A DNA stretch of 64,000 nt from Chthoniobacterales bacterium (GCA_038230335.1 JBBRNL010000003.1:59085-123084), one strand, 5' to 3'; positions 1 to 10,593 are shown, counted from the first letter of the stretch. Program-made: numbers and translations. The notes: generated by a model from the sequence alone, not told the origin.

Positions 1-422
1 AGCTGATGCCGGTGACCACGAATGACGTTTTAACGGAAGAGAACTTCCTCCCCGTGGCGGTAGCGAAACGAAACATTGAATCGAAATACGGCAGTTTGAT
101 TCCCGAGCCCGGCTTTCGCACGAACGGGCCGGCTACCTACTACCAGGTCCCCGGACGGTCTCAGCGCGTTGGGTTCATCGGCGCCATGACCAATCTGCAT
201 TTCTGCGAGAACTGCAACAAGCTGCGTCTGACCTGCGACGGCAAATTGCGGCCCTGCCTCGGCAGCGCGCTCGAATTTGATATCATGCAGCCGCTGCGCG
301 CGGGCGCAAGTGACGATGAGTTACGTAATTTGTTTCTCGACGTGGTCGATCGAAAACCGGCCCAGCACGATTTTCGGGATAATTATCAGCCGGGGCGAAA
401 GATGATCGCCATCGGTGGCTAG
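1..422 (+). CDS. moaA: GTP 3',8-cyclase MoaA, C-terminal part (gene probably continues beyond the 5' window edge)
   Basis: ORF 6..422. It carries the C-terminal MoaA Cys motif FCENCNKLRLTCDGKLRPCL and is followed directly by moaC and mog. Confidence 0.85.
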   Translation, partial: LMPVTTNDVLTEENFLPVAVAKRNIESKYGSLIPEPGFRTNGPATYYQVPGRSQRVGFIGAMTNLHFCENCNKLRLTCDGKLRPCLGSALEFDIMQPLRAGASDDELRNLFLDVVDRKPAQHDFRDNYQPGRKMIAIGG

Positions 423-424
423 GG

Positions 425-892
425 ATGAAGGCGCTCTCGCACGTCGGCGCGGATGGCCGCGCGCAAATGGTTGATGTGTCGGCCAAGCCGTCCGTGACGC
501 GGACCGCGCTGGCCTCGGGCAAAATTCAACTCCAGCCGGAGACCATTCAACTCATCGCGGACAAGCAGAATGCAAAGGGTGATGTGTTTGCGGTCGCGCG
601 GATCGCGGGAATTCAAGCCGCCAAACAAACGGCCCTGCTCATTCCGCTTTGCCACACCCTGCCGCTGAGCGACGTCAAGATTCATATCACCGCTTCCGCC
701 GACTGCGCCGAGGTGCAATGCACCGCGCGAACGGTCGCCCAAACCGGAGTGGAGATGGAGGCTCTGACCGGAGTCGCCGTCGCGCTGTTGACGATTTATG
801 ACATGTGCAAAGCCGTCGATAAGGAGATGCGCATCTCCGACATCCGCCTCATCGAAAAAACAAAGAGTGCAGCCGACTCAAGGAATGATTGA
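425..892 (+). CDS. moaC: cyclic pyranopterin monophosphate synthase MoaC
   Basis: ORF 425..892. MVDVSAKP..TRTA at the N-terminus and GVEMEALTGVAVALLTIYDMCKA are typical of MoaC. The gene starts 3 nt after the moaA stop. Confidence 0.9.
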   Translation: MKALSHVGADGRAQMVDVSAKPSVTRTALASGKIQLQPETIQLIADKQNAKGDVFAVARIAGIQAAKQTALLIPLCHTLPLSDVKIHITASADCAEVQCTARTVAQTGVEMEALTGVAVALLTIYDMCKAVDKEMRISDIRLIEKTKSAADSRND

Positions 893-903
893 GTGATGGA
901 GTA

Positions 904-1431
904 ATGGCAAAAGAGGACTACCCCACCACTCCATTACTCCAGTCTTTGCCGTCCATCACCGTCGGCATTATTACCATCTCCGATCGCGCGGCGGCCGGCG
1001 ATTATGCAGATCTTGGGGGCCCCGCCTTGAAAAAAGTGGCGATCGATTCTGCCTGGAGTGTCTTGTGCGAAGCGGTCGTGCCGGACGACTCCGCCCGGAT
1101 TCAGGAAACAATTCGTTCCTTCGCCAATCAGGGATGCGGCCTGATTCTAACCACGGGCGGGACCGGCATCGCGGCTCGGGATATCACACCGGAGGCCATT
1201 CGCGCCATCATGCGCGTCGAGATCCCCGGGTTTGGCGAAGTCATGCGCGCCGCGTCGATGAAGATCACGCCCAACTCAATCCTATCCCGCAGTCTCGCCG
1301 CCATTGTCGACCGCGCGCTTGTCATTGCCCTACCCGGTAAACCGAGCGGCGCCGTCGAGTGCCTCGGATTTGTCATGGGCGCCGTCCCTCACGGCGTTGC
1401 CCTCGCTCAGCGAGTCCCTACCTCCTGCTAA
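904..1431 (+). CDS. mog: molybdopterin adenylyltransferase / MoaB-MogA family
   Basis: ORF 889..1431 (TTG), with the first ATG at 904. LILTTGGTGIAARDITPEA is the MoCF-biosynthesis domain motif, and the gene sits in an operon context with moaA/moaC. Confidence 0.85.
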   Translation: MAKEDYPTTPLLQSLPSITVGIITISDRAAAGDYADLGGPALKKVAIDSAWSVLCEAVVPDDSARIQETIRSFANQGCGLILTTGGTGIAARDITPEAIRAIMRVEIPGFGEVMRAASMKITPNSILSRSLAAIVDRALVIALPGKPSGAVECLGFVMGAVPHGVALAQRVPTSC

Positions 1432-1609
1432 TCTTCAGAGACATCCGGTAAATTCCTGATGCACGATGTCCGCCGACGGCGAGACGCTGACCGAGCAGCT
1501 CCGCTTGCTCCACTGGCGAGGAAAGCCTGCGATCTCGCTACGACCGACTTTCTAACATCTCAATTTACTCTATGCTGGGGGCCGGAGAACTTAAGAAGAT
1601 GCGACAGAA

Positions 1610-2221
1610 ATGGCCAGAAGGTCCGCAACCTCAACTATCCCAGTAAGAGATGAGTTAGTGGCGATCGCTAAAGATCGGAATGGACTTGCGCCCAAGCAAA
1701 CCTTCTCGGACGTTTTCGCACGGACGCAGAGACTTTCTCGTGATCGGCGAGAGCAACTGTGCCAATGGTGTCAACACGCGATGTCCAGCCGTAGCTTCCT
1801 GGGGGATGAACAGTGCCGTGCGTTTTTGGCTAAGGTGATTGTTGCTCTGATTCCGTGTTCTTTCGGCCTTATCGAAGCCGCTTTGGGAAGTCCAAGAGGA
1901 AGTTATTGTCGGGAACTGCAGTTCTCGCTTTTTTGCTTTCTCGACGAGGTCCAAGGACGTTCAGCGCTCACTCTTTACAAAAGGAGAGTGCTCAAAATGA
2001 TTTTTGACTACTTAATTAATGTGAAATCTAATCAGGCAATGGCGGCTTGGATGGCGGGCGACCTGTTGGGCGACCACTGGAATCTGAAGGAAGCCACATT
2101 CGTGCTGCGGAAGGCAACCAGATTAGCTCGCTATAAGGCAGGCAGAGACGCGTTAGCGCATGCAGCTTCAAAGATAGGCAGTCGCATCGCGGCGGAGATA
2201 AGAAAAAGCCGAGGTAGTTGA
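1610..2221 (+). CDS. hypothetical protein (helical, no recognisable motif)
   Basis: 203-aa ORF with no competing ORF of similar length. I recognised no family signature. Confidence 0.4.
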   Translation: MARRSATSTIPVRDELVAIAKDRNGLAPKQTFSDVFARTQRLSRDRREQLCQWCQHAMSSRSFLGDEQCRAFLAKVIVALIPCSFGLIEAALGSPRGSYCRELQFSLFCFLDEVQGRSALTLYKRRVLKMIFDYLINVKSNQAMAAWMAGDLLGDHWNLKEATFVLRKATRLARYKAGRDALAHAASKIGSRIAAEIRKSRGS

Positions 2222-2554
2222 TCAACAACTCTTGAAGACGTTGCGTAGGAGAATTGGGGTCAGTCAACAAAGCTGCCTCTGCGCTATTTCAGGTGGGAAA
2301 CAGGATCGGGAGGGGGGGCAGATTAGGGTCAGAGCTAACTATCGACACTGATCTCGCCTAACGATGATAGATCGGGAGCAGCGGAGCCGCTCATTTTTTA
2401 GCGCCCAGGGGCGCGGGCACTGTTAACAACGCCTTCGGAGCGGTCGTTACACCACGGAGAATATGAACCAGGCCCGGCGTCGGTGGCGTCAGCCCAACCT
2501 GAAGAATTTCTGAATTAGAACATGCAATTCAGGGTTTCTATCCGAATAACTAGG

Positions 2555-2932
2555 ATGAAGACGTTCTCCCAAGTCCTGTTAGGCCTCATGTTTCTGCTGC
2601 TCGCCGGGACCGGCTACACGGCGGCCCCGAAAATCGACCAGGATGATTACGCGCGTTACCTCGTCTCGAATCCGGAGCCCGTCATTCCCATGGTCGCCTT
2701 ACGCAAAGGGTGGGGTGGCCACATCATCTGCATACTGACAATTAACCCGAAGAACGGGGTGGTGGATGAGGTCAAGGTCGTTAAGCATACCGGATACCCG
2801 AAGCTGGACGCTGAAACGGTGATGACGCTTTTTAAATGGCGCTTTCGCCCGGGCACCATCACTCAGGCTAGAATCAGCTATGAACTAGGCGTCTATGGGC
2901 GGTCCCATGACTATCATTCCGGTGGCTATTGA
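2555..2932 (+). CDS. TonB C-terminal-domain (energy transducer-like) protein with signal/anchor
   Basis: ORF 2522..2932, with internal start MKTFSQVLLGLMFLLLAG. The C-terminal GVVDEVKVVKHTGYPKLDAETVMTLFKWRFRPG resembles the TonB_C fold motif. Confidence 0.6.
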   Translation: MKTFSQVLLGLMFLLLAGTGYTAAPKIDQDDYARYLVSNPEPVIPMVALRKGWGGHIICILTINPKNGVVDEVKVVKHTGYPKLDAETVMTLFKWRFRPGTITQARISYELGVYGRSHDYHSGGY

Positions 2933-2991
2933 GAGTCATCGGCCTTGTCGATAACGGCGCTCCCGCTATCCGGCGAGGGCACGCCTCGAAC

Positions 2992-3411
2992 TTACTTAAC
3001 GGTTGCCGTCGCGCGTTCTATCCAGCCGGCTGCGAATGGAGTATTGGGTTGGTAGATTCGCTGTTTGGTCAGATAGGTCATCCGTTGGTTAACGTAGTAG
3101 GTGCGCGCACTGCCATCCTCGCCCGAAACTGATTCATAGTGACCATCAGCGTCGCGGAAACCCGTCCAAGCTCTCTGCGAGGCGATGAGAGCCTCCCGCG
3201 ATGCGGGTAATCCTTCTGCCTTGAGCCGTTCCTCAAAGATTTTGGTGAGTAACGCATCAACCCGCTTGAATTCGTCGTACGCGCGTTGGTTCTGTTCGGC
3301 TTGACTGAGGTTTGTGTGATCTTTGGTCGTACTCTCTCCCACGCCGGACGGCAGGAATGCTAAAACTCCCAGGGCGCACAGGAGAAATAAAAAAGAAGCA
3401 TTGGTTTTCAT
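2992..3411 (-). CDS. DUF1311 / LprI-like (lysozyme-inhibitor family) secreted protein
   Basis: ORF 2992..3435, with probable start MKTNASFLFLLCALGVLA (signal peptide). The motif ...VDALLTKIF...QRAWTGFRDA... is typical of DUF1311. Confidence 0.65.
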   Translation of the reverse strand: MKTNASFLFLLCALGVLAFLPSGVGESTTKDHTNLSQAEQNQRAYDEFKRVDALLTKIFEERLKAEGLPASREALIASQRAWTGFRDADGHYESVSGEDGSARTYYVNQRMTYLTKQRIYQPNTPFAAGWIERATATVK

Positions 3412-3745
3412 GACACTCCGTCGTGCATACCGCACCGATCCAAGGCGGCAGCGGCTGGCCAGGTAGGAGCATTTAAGGGCGCGAGGGCGGCAAAACAGGC
3501 GGATGTGCTTACTGTCCAGCCGGTAACTTTCAAGGATGTAACGCGCTGAAGGTCGAGAGCGTTGCGCCGATCGGTTGCCGGTGGATTTAAAGGGATGTCA
3601 TTCATGTCGCGTTTCCTTATATGCCACCGCTACTTTGCTTGGTTAGGCTGGATGATGGAAGAGCGATCAAGAGAGTTTTTTGGACCCGGATGAGGGCGAA
3701 CCCATCGCGTTGACCAGCCGAAGCCTCGGGCGTACTCTCCGCGCT

Positions 3746-4747
3746 ATGAACGACAAGGTTTCGACGGTGCAGCAGGGGGATGCGGAAGAGGGCGTCACGC
3801 GCCGAAGATTTCTTGGGGCGACTCTCGGAACCGGCGCCGCGCTTTTGGCGGGGGGATCGGCCGCAATCTTGCATGCCGCCTCATCGCTGGCGGCAGGTAA
3901 GAACACTTTCTCAACATGGTCGCTAGGCGGCGACCTCCCGGTCAATCGCCTCGGCTTTGGCGCGATGCGTATCACCGGCGATGGCGTGTGGGGTTGGCCG
4001 CCTGATCGGGGGAACGCGCTAAAAGTGCTACGCCGGGCCGTTGAGCTCGGGGTCAATCTGATGGACACGGCCGACGCCTACGGACCGGAAGTGAGCGAGC
4101 TACTGATCGCGGAAGCGCTCCATCCTTACCCGGCTGGCCTCGTTATTGCGACCAAGGGCGGCCTAACCCGGCCCGGGCCCGGCCAGTGGGTGCCTAACGG
4201 GCGCCCTGAATACCTAACCGAATGTGTCGAGAAAAGTCTCAAGCGCCTACGGCTCGAGCGGATTGATCTGTACCAATTGCACCGCATTGATTCAAAAGTG
4301 CCGGTGGAGGAATCACTGGGCGCTCTCAAGAAAATGCAGGACACGGGAAAAATTCGGCACGTCGGATTATCCGAAGTCACACCGGAGGAGATCGAGCGGG
4401 CGAAAAAAGTTATTCCGATCGTGAGCGTTCAGAATCAGTACAATATTTGGAACCGCAAGTCGGAGAAAACCCTTCTCTATTGCGAGAAAGAGCGCCTTGC
4501 CTTTATCCCATGGTCGCCGATCGGGGCGGGCAAATCCGCGAAGCTTGGCCGGGCTTTGGAAGATGAGGCGAAGCGTCGCGGAACCAGCGTTGTACAACTT
4601 GCCCTTGCCTGGCTTCTGCAGCGATCTCCCGTCATGCTGCCGATTCCCGGTACGTCGTCGGTCGCGCACTTGGAGGAAAACGTCGCCGCCGCGGCGCTTA
4701 AGTTAAGTCCTGCGGAATGGAAGGCGATTGAAGCTTTGGCGGCCTGA
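3746..4747 (+). CDS. aldo/keto reductase with twin-arginine signal peptide
   Basis: ORF 3680..4747, with start taken at [24 protein letters not shown] is a Tat motif. The AKR core shows [16 protein letters not shown] and [15 protein letters not shown]. Confidence 0.85.
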   Translation: MNDKVSTVQQGDAEEGVTRRRFLGATLGTGAALLAGGSAAILHAASSLAAGKNTFSTWSLGGDLPVNRLGFGAMRITGDGVWGWPPDRGNALKVLRRAVELGVNLMDTADAYGPEVSELLIAEALHPYPAGLVIATKGGLTRPGPGQWVPNGRPEYLTECVEKSLKRLRLERIDLYQLHRIDSKVPVEESLGALKKMQDTGKIRHVGLSEVTPEEIERAKKVIPIVSVQNQYNIWNRKSEKTLLYCEKERLAFIPWSPIGAGKSAKLGRALEDEAKRRGTSVVQLALAWLLQRSPVMLPIPGTSSVAHLEENVAAAALKLSPAEWKAIEALAA

Positions 4748-4804
4748 CGCGACTCGGCAACTTCCACCGGCATTTGCGGGGGTTGTTGGTTAGGCGTCAC
4801 TCGA

Positions 4805-5110
4805 TCAATCAGAAAGCGCGTGGGTGGCATGGGTCACGGCTGCTCCCGCGCGGAGGGCTGCTGCTACCATCGCGGCCTCGACAAGTTCCGCGTCGGTCGC
4901 GCCGGCCTTGCGTGCATTCGCCGCATGGATGTCGATGCAGTAGGGGCATTGTGTCGTGTGAGCGACGCCGACCGCGATCAACTCCTTGTACTTCACGGGA
5001 ATCGCCCCGTCGGCCAGCGCTGCCTTGTCGAACGCCCAAAACGCCTTCATCACGTCGGGTGCAAGAGTGTCCATCTTCTTTAGTTTGGCCAGGTTGTCTT
5101 TGTTATACAT
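4805..5110 (-). CDS. carboxymuconolactone decarboxylase (AhpD-like) family protein
   Basis: 101-aa ORF. KELIAVGVAHTTQCPYCIDIH carries the CxxC motif characteristic of the CMD/AhpD family. Confidence 0.8.
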   Translation of the reverse strand: MYNKDNLAKLKKMDTLAPDVMKAFWAFDKAALADGAIPVKYKELIAVGVAHTTQCPYCIDIHAANARKAGATDAELVEAAMVAAALRAGAAVTHATHALSD

Positions 5111-5393
5111 AATTTGTGTCGGTCGAGGGTTCGGTGTTCGGGAAAGTCGATCGTCAGTGCAATTTGCGTCGCGCGTGCGCTAACCGACGAAAAGATACTT
5201 CACGGCGGTAATCGCCAGGATAATGAACGCGATCAACGCGGCGACCGGCCACAGTCGACGAAGCTCCCGGTCGGTCACCCAAAGCTTGAAGAGCGAAAGA
5301 TTCTTCAGGCGCTGCCAGTTGTCTTTAGTCATCTGAGGATGTCCACGCACGCCTCGATCATATTCAACTGATCGAAATGGAAAAAGGTTGGGC

Positions 5394-6008
5394 TCATGGG
5401 TTCTCGTCTCCCGCGCGTAAGTCCGATCGTCGGTCTGCCAGCAGATTCGTGAGCTCTCGCTCCAAATCGTCGAACTCCTCATGATAGGCATGCCGGTGAG
5501 CAAAAGCTAAAGAAAGCCCAGACGTGGTTTTGTAGCCGAAAGAGATGAGCAGCGCTTCGAATCTCTCGAGCGGCCCGTACGCATAAATGAGATTGTGACG
5601 GTCGTACACAAGCGTGGCATCGTCAGCGTGTGACCGCAGCCAAATGGAATGACGCCCGTCGTTATCCCAGAAGCGGCCGAATCGCTCAAACATTTCAGCT
5701 AGCTCAATTGGCGAAATTTGATCGCTTTGATAGCGACCCTCCCGGCTGCCTCCGCGCGGAACCACCAGCACATAAAGCAGTAGGAACGGCTCGCTTAGGA
5801 TCTGTGATAAGTCGCAGAGGAGGCGAGAACCGTGATGAGACGCGCCAATCGCAAGACGCGGTGTCGAGGATGTGTTTTCGAGCGCATAGACGTCTCCATG
5901 GTCGTGCGGCAGCCACTGTCCGCCTTTTTCCGAGGCGAACTTGTGATTATCGCGCGACATAGGCCTAACGAAAGAGATTAGATATTTGGATTGGGAACGG
6001 GATGGCAA
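5394..6008 (-). CDS. hypothetical protein
   Basis: 204-aa ORF (the start could be the internal MSRDNHKF at 5960). No recognisable motif. Confidence 0.4.
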   Translation of the reverse strand: MPSRSQSKYLISFVRPMSRDNHKFASEKGGQWLPHDHGDVYALENTSSTPRLAIGASHHGSRLLCDLSQILSEPFLLLYVLVVPRGGSREGRYQSDQISPIELAEMFERFGRFWDNDGRHSIWLRSHADDATLVYDRHNLIYAYGPLERFEALLISFGYKTTSGLSLAFAHRHAYHEEFDDLERELTNLLADRRSDLRAGDENP

Positions 6009-6074
6009 GCGGCGCGCTCGCCCTACAACAGGAGATTGCAGATTCGATCATGATCAGGAGCATGATCGAAGAGG

Positions 6075-6839
6075 CTAAATGGTGACGACGGTGATTTCGG
6101 GGCGGCAGTTGAAGCGCCACGGGATGCGATAGGTGCCGATGCCGGCGTTAACATATAACGGCCCCGCCGCGGTTTTGAAGTAGCCGAGGTCGTAACGACC
6201 AACTCCCCACGGCAAAGCAATTGCGCCGTAGCCAGGGATCCGGACCTGGCCACCGTGCGAATGCCCGGCCATGATCCAGTCGAAGCTCTGAGCGCCCAGA
6301 TCCTCGACCGACTTGGGATAATGGGTGAGGAGGAAACGGCGCGTGGCCTGGCGCGGTTTGAGCATGGGCACGCCTTCGCGTCCTAGGCCGACTAATTCGA
6401 GGTCGCGTTCGGGCAAGACAAGACTGGCGTCGACGAGCCAGCGGCCGCCGGTTGCGGAAAAAACACGCTCGTATGCGGAGAAGGGAGCGCGGCACCAGTA
6501 ATCGTGATTGCCCGGGCTTCCGTAAACCGGTGCTTGAATCTTTGCGATGAAGTGGAGCGCTTCGTCCAGGTACCTCGTGTCTTCCACGAGGTCGCCGGTG
6601 AAACAGACGAACTCAGGTTTGAGCTCGTTGATTGTGCGAACCACTTTGTCGGCATAGGCGGTATCGCCTTTGTGATGGAAATCGGTGAAATGGATGAAGC
6701 GTGTCGTTCCATTTGGGTTCGGTTGCAGATGCGTGACACGAAGGTTGGTCGGCTCGATCAGACGGGTGTCGATGATGACCGCGGCGGGCAAAGCCATGGC
6801 GGTCATTTTTAGAAATTGGCGGCGGCTGAGGGCGGACAT
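6075..6839 (-). CDS. metallophosphoesterase (calcineurin-like) with Tat signal
   Basis: MSALSRRQFLKMTAMALPAAV is a Tat motif. The metallophosphoesterase motifs are HFTDFH, GDLVE, GNHD and GHSHGG. Confidence 0.85.
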   Translation of the reverse strand: MSALSRRQFLKMTAMALPAAVIIDTRLIEPTNLRVTHLQPNPNGTTRFIHFTDFHHKGDTAYADKVVRTINELKPEFVCFTGDLVEDTRYLDEALHFIAKIQAPVYGSPGNHDYWCRAPFSAYERVFSATGGRWLVDASLVLPERDLELVGLGREGVPMLKPRQATRRFLLTHYPKSVEDLGAQSFDWIMAGHSHGGQVRIPGYGAIALPWGVGRYDLGYFKTAAGPLYVNAGIGTYRIPWRFNCRPEITVVTI

Positions 6840-7003
6840 GGAGGACTGGAGCGGGCTTTAGAATAGCACACGGTGCGCCGCAATTAGCAGGCACGAGAGG
6901 GGAGCGGGCAAACTTCCGAGAGCGAATGGAGGGGAATTGAGAAAACGCCGAATGCCTAACGCCCAACGCCGAAGTCAGATCGCGTTGAGCATTCCCGGTC
7001 TTT

Positions 7004-7043
7004 AATCTGTGGGGATTAAGGGCGCTCAAATCTGTGGCTGAAA
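7004..7043 (+). repeat. dispersed intergenic repeat, core copy 1 (two ATCTGTGG half-sites)
   Basis: The core is aatctgtggggattaagggcgctcaaatctgtggctgaaa. The copy extends leftwards to about 6944 (aaaacgccgaa...gtcagatcgcg..attcccggtctttaat), and that extension is shared with copy 3. Confidence 0.85.
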
Positions 7044-7102
7044 TCTTTCGGCATCGGGGAATCGATTACGATTACGAGCACGAGCAAAGTGAGGAAAGGG
7101 GA

Positions 7103-8143
7103 TCAATCGGGAAAGATCAGGAGGCGCATGAGTTGTTTGCCGGAGGGCGTGAGGAGGCCGTGGCCGTTCCGACCGGTGACGTTGCCGCGTGTTAGATGCG
7201 AATACTCGATTGGACTTTTCTTGACGTAACTCAGCTCGGGCTCTTTCACTTGTTTATCACTCGGCTGAATCTGCAGAGGTACCCCGGAGCGGTTGAATGA
7301 AACTTCCCATGATACAGTCTGCAGACCGGCACGACTGCGGAGCATCCATGGATAGAGCTTGGGCAATTCGAAGTAGGAGGAGCGCGGGATCGTCACTTTA
7401 TAAAATGTTTCTTCCCGTTCGAAAAATTTCGGAATGGTGAGCGCCGGGTTTTTGCGCAAGGCCTGATAGAGGCGCGCAATATCCAATCCGGTCAGGTTAA
7501 TGCCGTTGTAGAGGCCATTGTGATTCGGGTCGTTCTTATAATTGGCATCGTGCCAGGCTTCGAAGTGATGGCTGAGTAGAAGGTTTAGCTCGAGGTGAAC
7601 GTGGGCGCGCTCGCGATTGATGCCGACCCCCGTGTAGCCCATCACGGCGATCGGATCTCCCTTTTGCACGGCTTGTCCGGGTTTGACCCGAATCGTGCTG
7701 AGATGCCCGTACAAGCTGTAATAATTTGAGCCGTCCCAGCGGTGCTCAACCACGATGTAGCGGCCGTAGTTAGAGTAGCCAGGCACTGGATTAACGTGCA
7801 CAACCCGGCCATCGGCGATGGCGTGTATCTCGTCGGTGGGGTCGCCTTGCGCATCGCGCTGGAGCGGGCGGATGTCCATGCCCTCGTGAAAACGCGTGTA
7901 GACGAGGCCGGCGCCGGTCTCGATCGGGTCGCGCACAAAACCGTACTGCCCGCCTTCCCACGGCGTCGACTTCACGCCTTTGTAATCGCGTTCTATATAT
8001 TGATAGAAGGCGGGGCCGTCGTCGCGGAAAAGGGCGTCGTTGTCGGTCGGTAGACCCAGATCGAGTGGCCCCGGGTCCGTTTGCGCGGTCATGATGATGA
8101 CGGGCAAGATCCACACGGACAGTGCCCCGAGAAAGAGCCTCAT
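7103..8143 (-). CDS. M23 family (LytM-type) metallopeptidase, secreted
   Basis: Signal peptide MRLFLGALSVWILPVIIMTAQ. The M23 motifs are HEGMDIRP, YGHLS, GDPIAVMGYTG and HVHLELN. Confidence 0.85.
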   Translation of the reverse strand: MRLFLGALSVWILPVIIMTAQTDPGPLDLGLPTDNDALFRDDGPAFYQYIERDYKGVKSTPWEGGQYGFVRDPIETGAGLVYTRFHEGMDIRPLQRDAQGDPTDEIHAIADGRVVHVNPVPGYSNYGRYIVVEHRWDGSNYYSLYGHLSTIRVKPGQAVQKGDPIAVMGYTGVGINRERAHVHLELNLLLSHHFEAWHDANYKNDPNHNGLYNGINLTGLDIARLYQALRKNPALTIPKFFEREETFYKVTIPRSSYFELPKLYPWMLRSRAGLQTVSWEVSFNRSGVPLQIQPSDKQVKEPELSYVKKSPIEYSHLTRGNVTGRNGHGLLTPSGKQLMRLLIFPD

Positions 8144-8147
8144 GCGA

Positions 8148-8618
8148 CTAGGGACGACGCTTTTTCGGGCCGATCAGACGCCAGGCTTTTTTCATCAGTT
8201 GCAGGTCGGCGGCGGTCAACCCGGAGGCGATGTAAATTTTTCCGTCGGAAACGCGTTTGTCGATTTGCAGTTCGGTGATGGCACGGCCGTTCATGAAGAT
8301 GAAGAGATAGCCGCCGCGATGTTCCATGCTCAGCGAATCGAGGGTGATGCGTCCGTGATCGTCGAGTTGGATGAGGGCGCCGAAATTGCCATCGCCCGCC
8401 TGATAAGCGGAAAAACCGACGACGTCCTGTTCGCTAATACTGGCCACTTTTTGGATGGCGACCTGTTTGCCCGATACCTTCGCGTGGATAGCCGAGGAGA
8501 AGACCTCGGTGTCCTGGGCATTGGCCTCGGCATGGACACGGAACATGCAGCGCGTTTTGCCCTCGACCGGGAGGAGCGAGAGGAAAATTAAGATCGCGCT
8601 CGCGGATAGCGGCTTCAT
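8148..8618 (-). CDS. hypothetical secreted protein
   Basis: ORF 8148..8810. The plausible start is at 8618 (MKPLSASAILIFLSLLPVEG, a signal peptide). The upstream extension is Ala/Gly-rich junk that overlaps the next gene's region. Confidence 0.5.
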   Translation of the reverse strand: MKPLSASAILIFLSLLPVEGKTRCMFRVHAEANAQDTEVFSSAIHAKVSGKQVAIQKVASISEQDVVGFSAYQAGDGNFGALIQLDDHGRITLDSLSMEHRGGYLFIFMNGRAITELQIDKRVSDGKIYIASGLTAADLQLMKKAWRLIGPKKRRP

Positions 8619-8673
8619 GGCGGATTGATAAAGGGTTTGACAGATTTTGCAACGTTTGCTGATTAACCGGCTC

Positions 8674-9303
8674 ATGAAATGCGCCTTTAGCTTGCTGGCT
8701 GCGGTCTGCCTGCCGTTCGCCCAAGGGTGGGCGCAGGGAGAATCGCCCGCACCTGCACCCGAGGCGGCTTCACGCACTCCAGCGGGTGAGCCGGCGGCGG
8801 CCCCGGTCACTACCCACGAATCCGCCAGCCTTCCAGCGCCTCAACCAACCACGCGAAGTATGTGGAACCGGGTGCTGCATCCGTTTTCTTCCGGCTCGAA
8901 GGCGGACGCGCCGCCAAAATACAAGGATGCGAAGCTGCGCGGGCTGACTTTGACCATGCAGATTTCGCCGCAACCAGTGAAGCTCTCGGAGGTGCGTCAG
9001 CTCGATATCAGGGCCACGCTGACGAACAAGGGCAAAAAGGAAATTGAAATGACGTTCGGGAGCGACCAGCGGATCGAAATTTATCTGATGAATTCGGCCG
9101 AGGTCGTGCTGACGAAATGGTCGGATAACCACGCGGTGGCGGACAAGCCGGGCACGGTGCTGATCAATCCGCAGGAGCACATCGAGTACAACGAGAAGAT
9201 TTCGACGCGGGAATTGACGCGGGACAAGGTGTTTGTGGCGGAGGTTTTCTTTCCGCAGTATCCGGAGATCAGGGTGCGGCAGAAGTTTCTGACTGCGCCG
9301 TAG
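8674..9303 (+). CDS. hypothetical secreted protein (possible BsuPI-like beta-sandwich, weak)
   Basis: ORF 8647..9303, with start taken at MKCAFSLLAAVCLPFAQG. A Pro/Ala-rich linker is followed by a beta-rich domain. The family call is a guess. Confidence 0.5.
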   Translation: MKCAFSLLAAVCLPFAQGWAQGESPAPAPEAASRTPAGEPAAAPVTTHESASLPAPQPTTRSMWNRVLHPFSSGSKADAPPKYKDAKLRGLTLTMQISPQPVKLSEVRQLDIRATLTNKGKKEIEMTFGSDQRIEIYLMNSAEVVLTKWSDNHAVADKPGTVLINPQEHIEYNEKISTRELTRDKVFVAEVFFPQYPEIRVRQKFLTAP

Positions 9304-9419
9304 GAGGAAAGCAGGGCTGGTTAACGGGTCGTTCTTATTGGTTCATGGGAAGCGGCGAATTGGAGAAGCAAACGTCCAAGGCCGAAGGAGAGCAGTCCGC
9401 CGCATTCTTATCTGTTTTT

Positions 9420-9457
9420 AATCGGTGGGGATTTAGGGCTCTTAAATCTGTGGCTAA
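9420..9457 (+). repeat. dispersed intergenic repeat, core copy 2
   Basis: aatcggtggggatttagggctcttaaatctgtggctaa. Confidence 0.85.
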
Positions 9458-9533
9458 TTCTGATTCCGGATTCGGATTGCGGAATGGGAGTCGATAGTCA
9501 TTAACAGGATCATGAGGATGAGGAATTGAAGTG

Positions 9534-10346
9534 ATGCAGCGCTCTAACGCTCCGGCGGTTCTTTTCTCGGATTATCATTCGCACCCGCAGGGACACTGCG
9601 TGCAGCCTTACACGCATGAACTGCTGCAGCCCTGGGTGGACAGCGCACGGGCCCGCGGCCTGACCGATATTGCTTTTACGGATCATGATCGCTACCGCGC
9701 CGGAGTTGTGTTTGATGAGATCGACCGGTTGCGCGAAAAAAATCCGGACATCAAAATCCGGGCCGGTATTGAACTGGATAATGATCCGCGGAACGGGGCG
9801 GCTGGACGGAAATGGGTAGAGGAACACTGGACGCAGCTCGACTTCGTTCTCGGGTCGGTCCATTTCCTGGAGCGCGATGATGAAATGTTCGACTCAGTCC
9901 CGGCCGGAGCGGCCCAGTTCGAAGGAAAAAATATCGATGCAATTTACGTCGATTATTTGCGGCGGGTGCGCGAGATGGCGGCAAGCGGTTTGATCGATTG
10001 TCTGGCCCACATCGATTTAATCAAGATCCATGGGCATCGCGCGGGCGGTGACGTGAAGGCGATGTTCGATGAGACCCTCGACTTTGTTCAGTCGCGTCAT
10101 CTGGCCATCGAGCTGTCCACGGCGGGCTGGCGCAAGCCGGCGGGGGAGCTGTACCCGGCGGACGGAATTATCGAACTCGCGATGGAGAAGAGGATTCCGT
10201 TTACGACTGCGTCCGATGCGCATTCGCATGCGCAATGGGCGGATGGTTTCGAGCGGCTGGCCGAGAAGATGTCAGGGTTGGGCATTCATGAGATTTCCGT
10301 ATTCGAAAAGCACAAGCGGCAGACGCGTGTTTTGTGCACGCTTTGA
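9534..10346 (+). CDS. histidinol-phosphatase HisJ family / PHP-domain phosphoesterase
   Basis: The N-terminal DYHSHPQGH, DIAFTDHD, GSVH, AHIDLIK and C-terminal TASDAHS form the PHP metal-ligand pattern. Confidence 0.8.
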   Translation: MQRSNAPAVLFSDYHSHPQGHCVQPYTHELLQPWVDSARARGLTDIAFTDHDRYRAGVVFDEIDRLREKNPDIKIRAGIELDNDPRNGAAGRKWVEEHWTQLDFVLGSVHFLERDDEMFDSVPAGAAQFEGKNIDAIYVDYLRRVREMAASGLIDCLAHIDLIKIHGHRAGGDVKAMFDETLDFVQSRHLAIELSTAGWRKPAGELYPADGIIELAMEKRIPFTTASDAHSHAQWADGFERLAEKMSGLGIHEISVFEKHKRQTRVLCTL

Positions 10347-10420
10347 AAAGGTGCGGACCAGGTTGCCTCCATTTCTACGAGCCCAAGGAGGTTTGCCGGG
10401 TTTTGGACAGGGGGATGAGC

Positions 10421-10507
10421 AAACGCCGAACGCCGGAGTCAGATCGCGCTAACCATTCCCGGTCTTTAATCGGTGGGGATTAAGGGCTCTTAAATCTGTG
10501 GCTGAAA
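10421..10507 (+). repeat. dispersed intergenic repeat, long copy 3
   Basis: aaacgccgaacgccggagtcagatcgcgctaaccattcccggtctttaatcggtggggattaagggctcttaaatctgtggctgaaa, which is nearly collinear with 6944..7043. Confidence 0.85.
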
Positions 10508-10593
10508 CTGAGTTTCGGATCCGTGTTGGAATTCGAAATCTTAAACCTGAAAAGTCGTGTTGGATTTTCGGGATGCCTCGCAGAGCGAGGCGG

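Noticed and set aside
5180-5503. 107-aa minus ORF (or a 50-aa membrane peptide from 5332) between the CMD gene and the hypothetical 5394..6008
   Set aside because: It overlaps the 3' end of 5394..6008 by 110 nt, and the internal start has no SD-like sequence. One C-terminal hydrophobic helix is not enough evidence.
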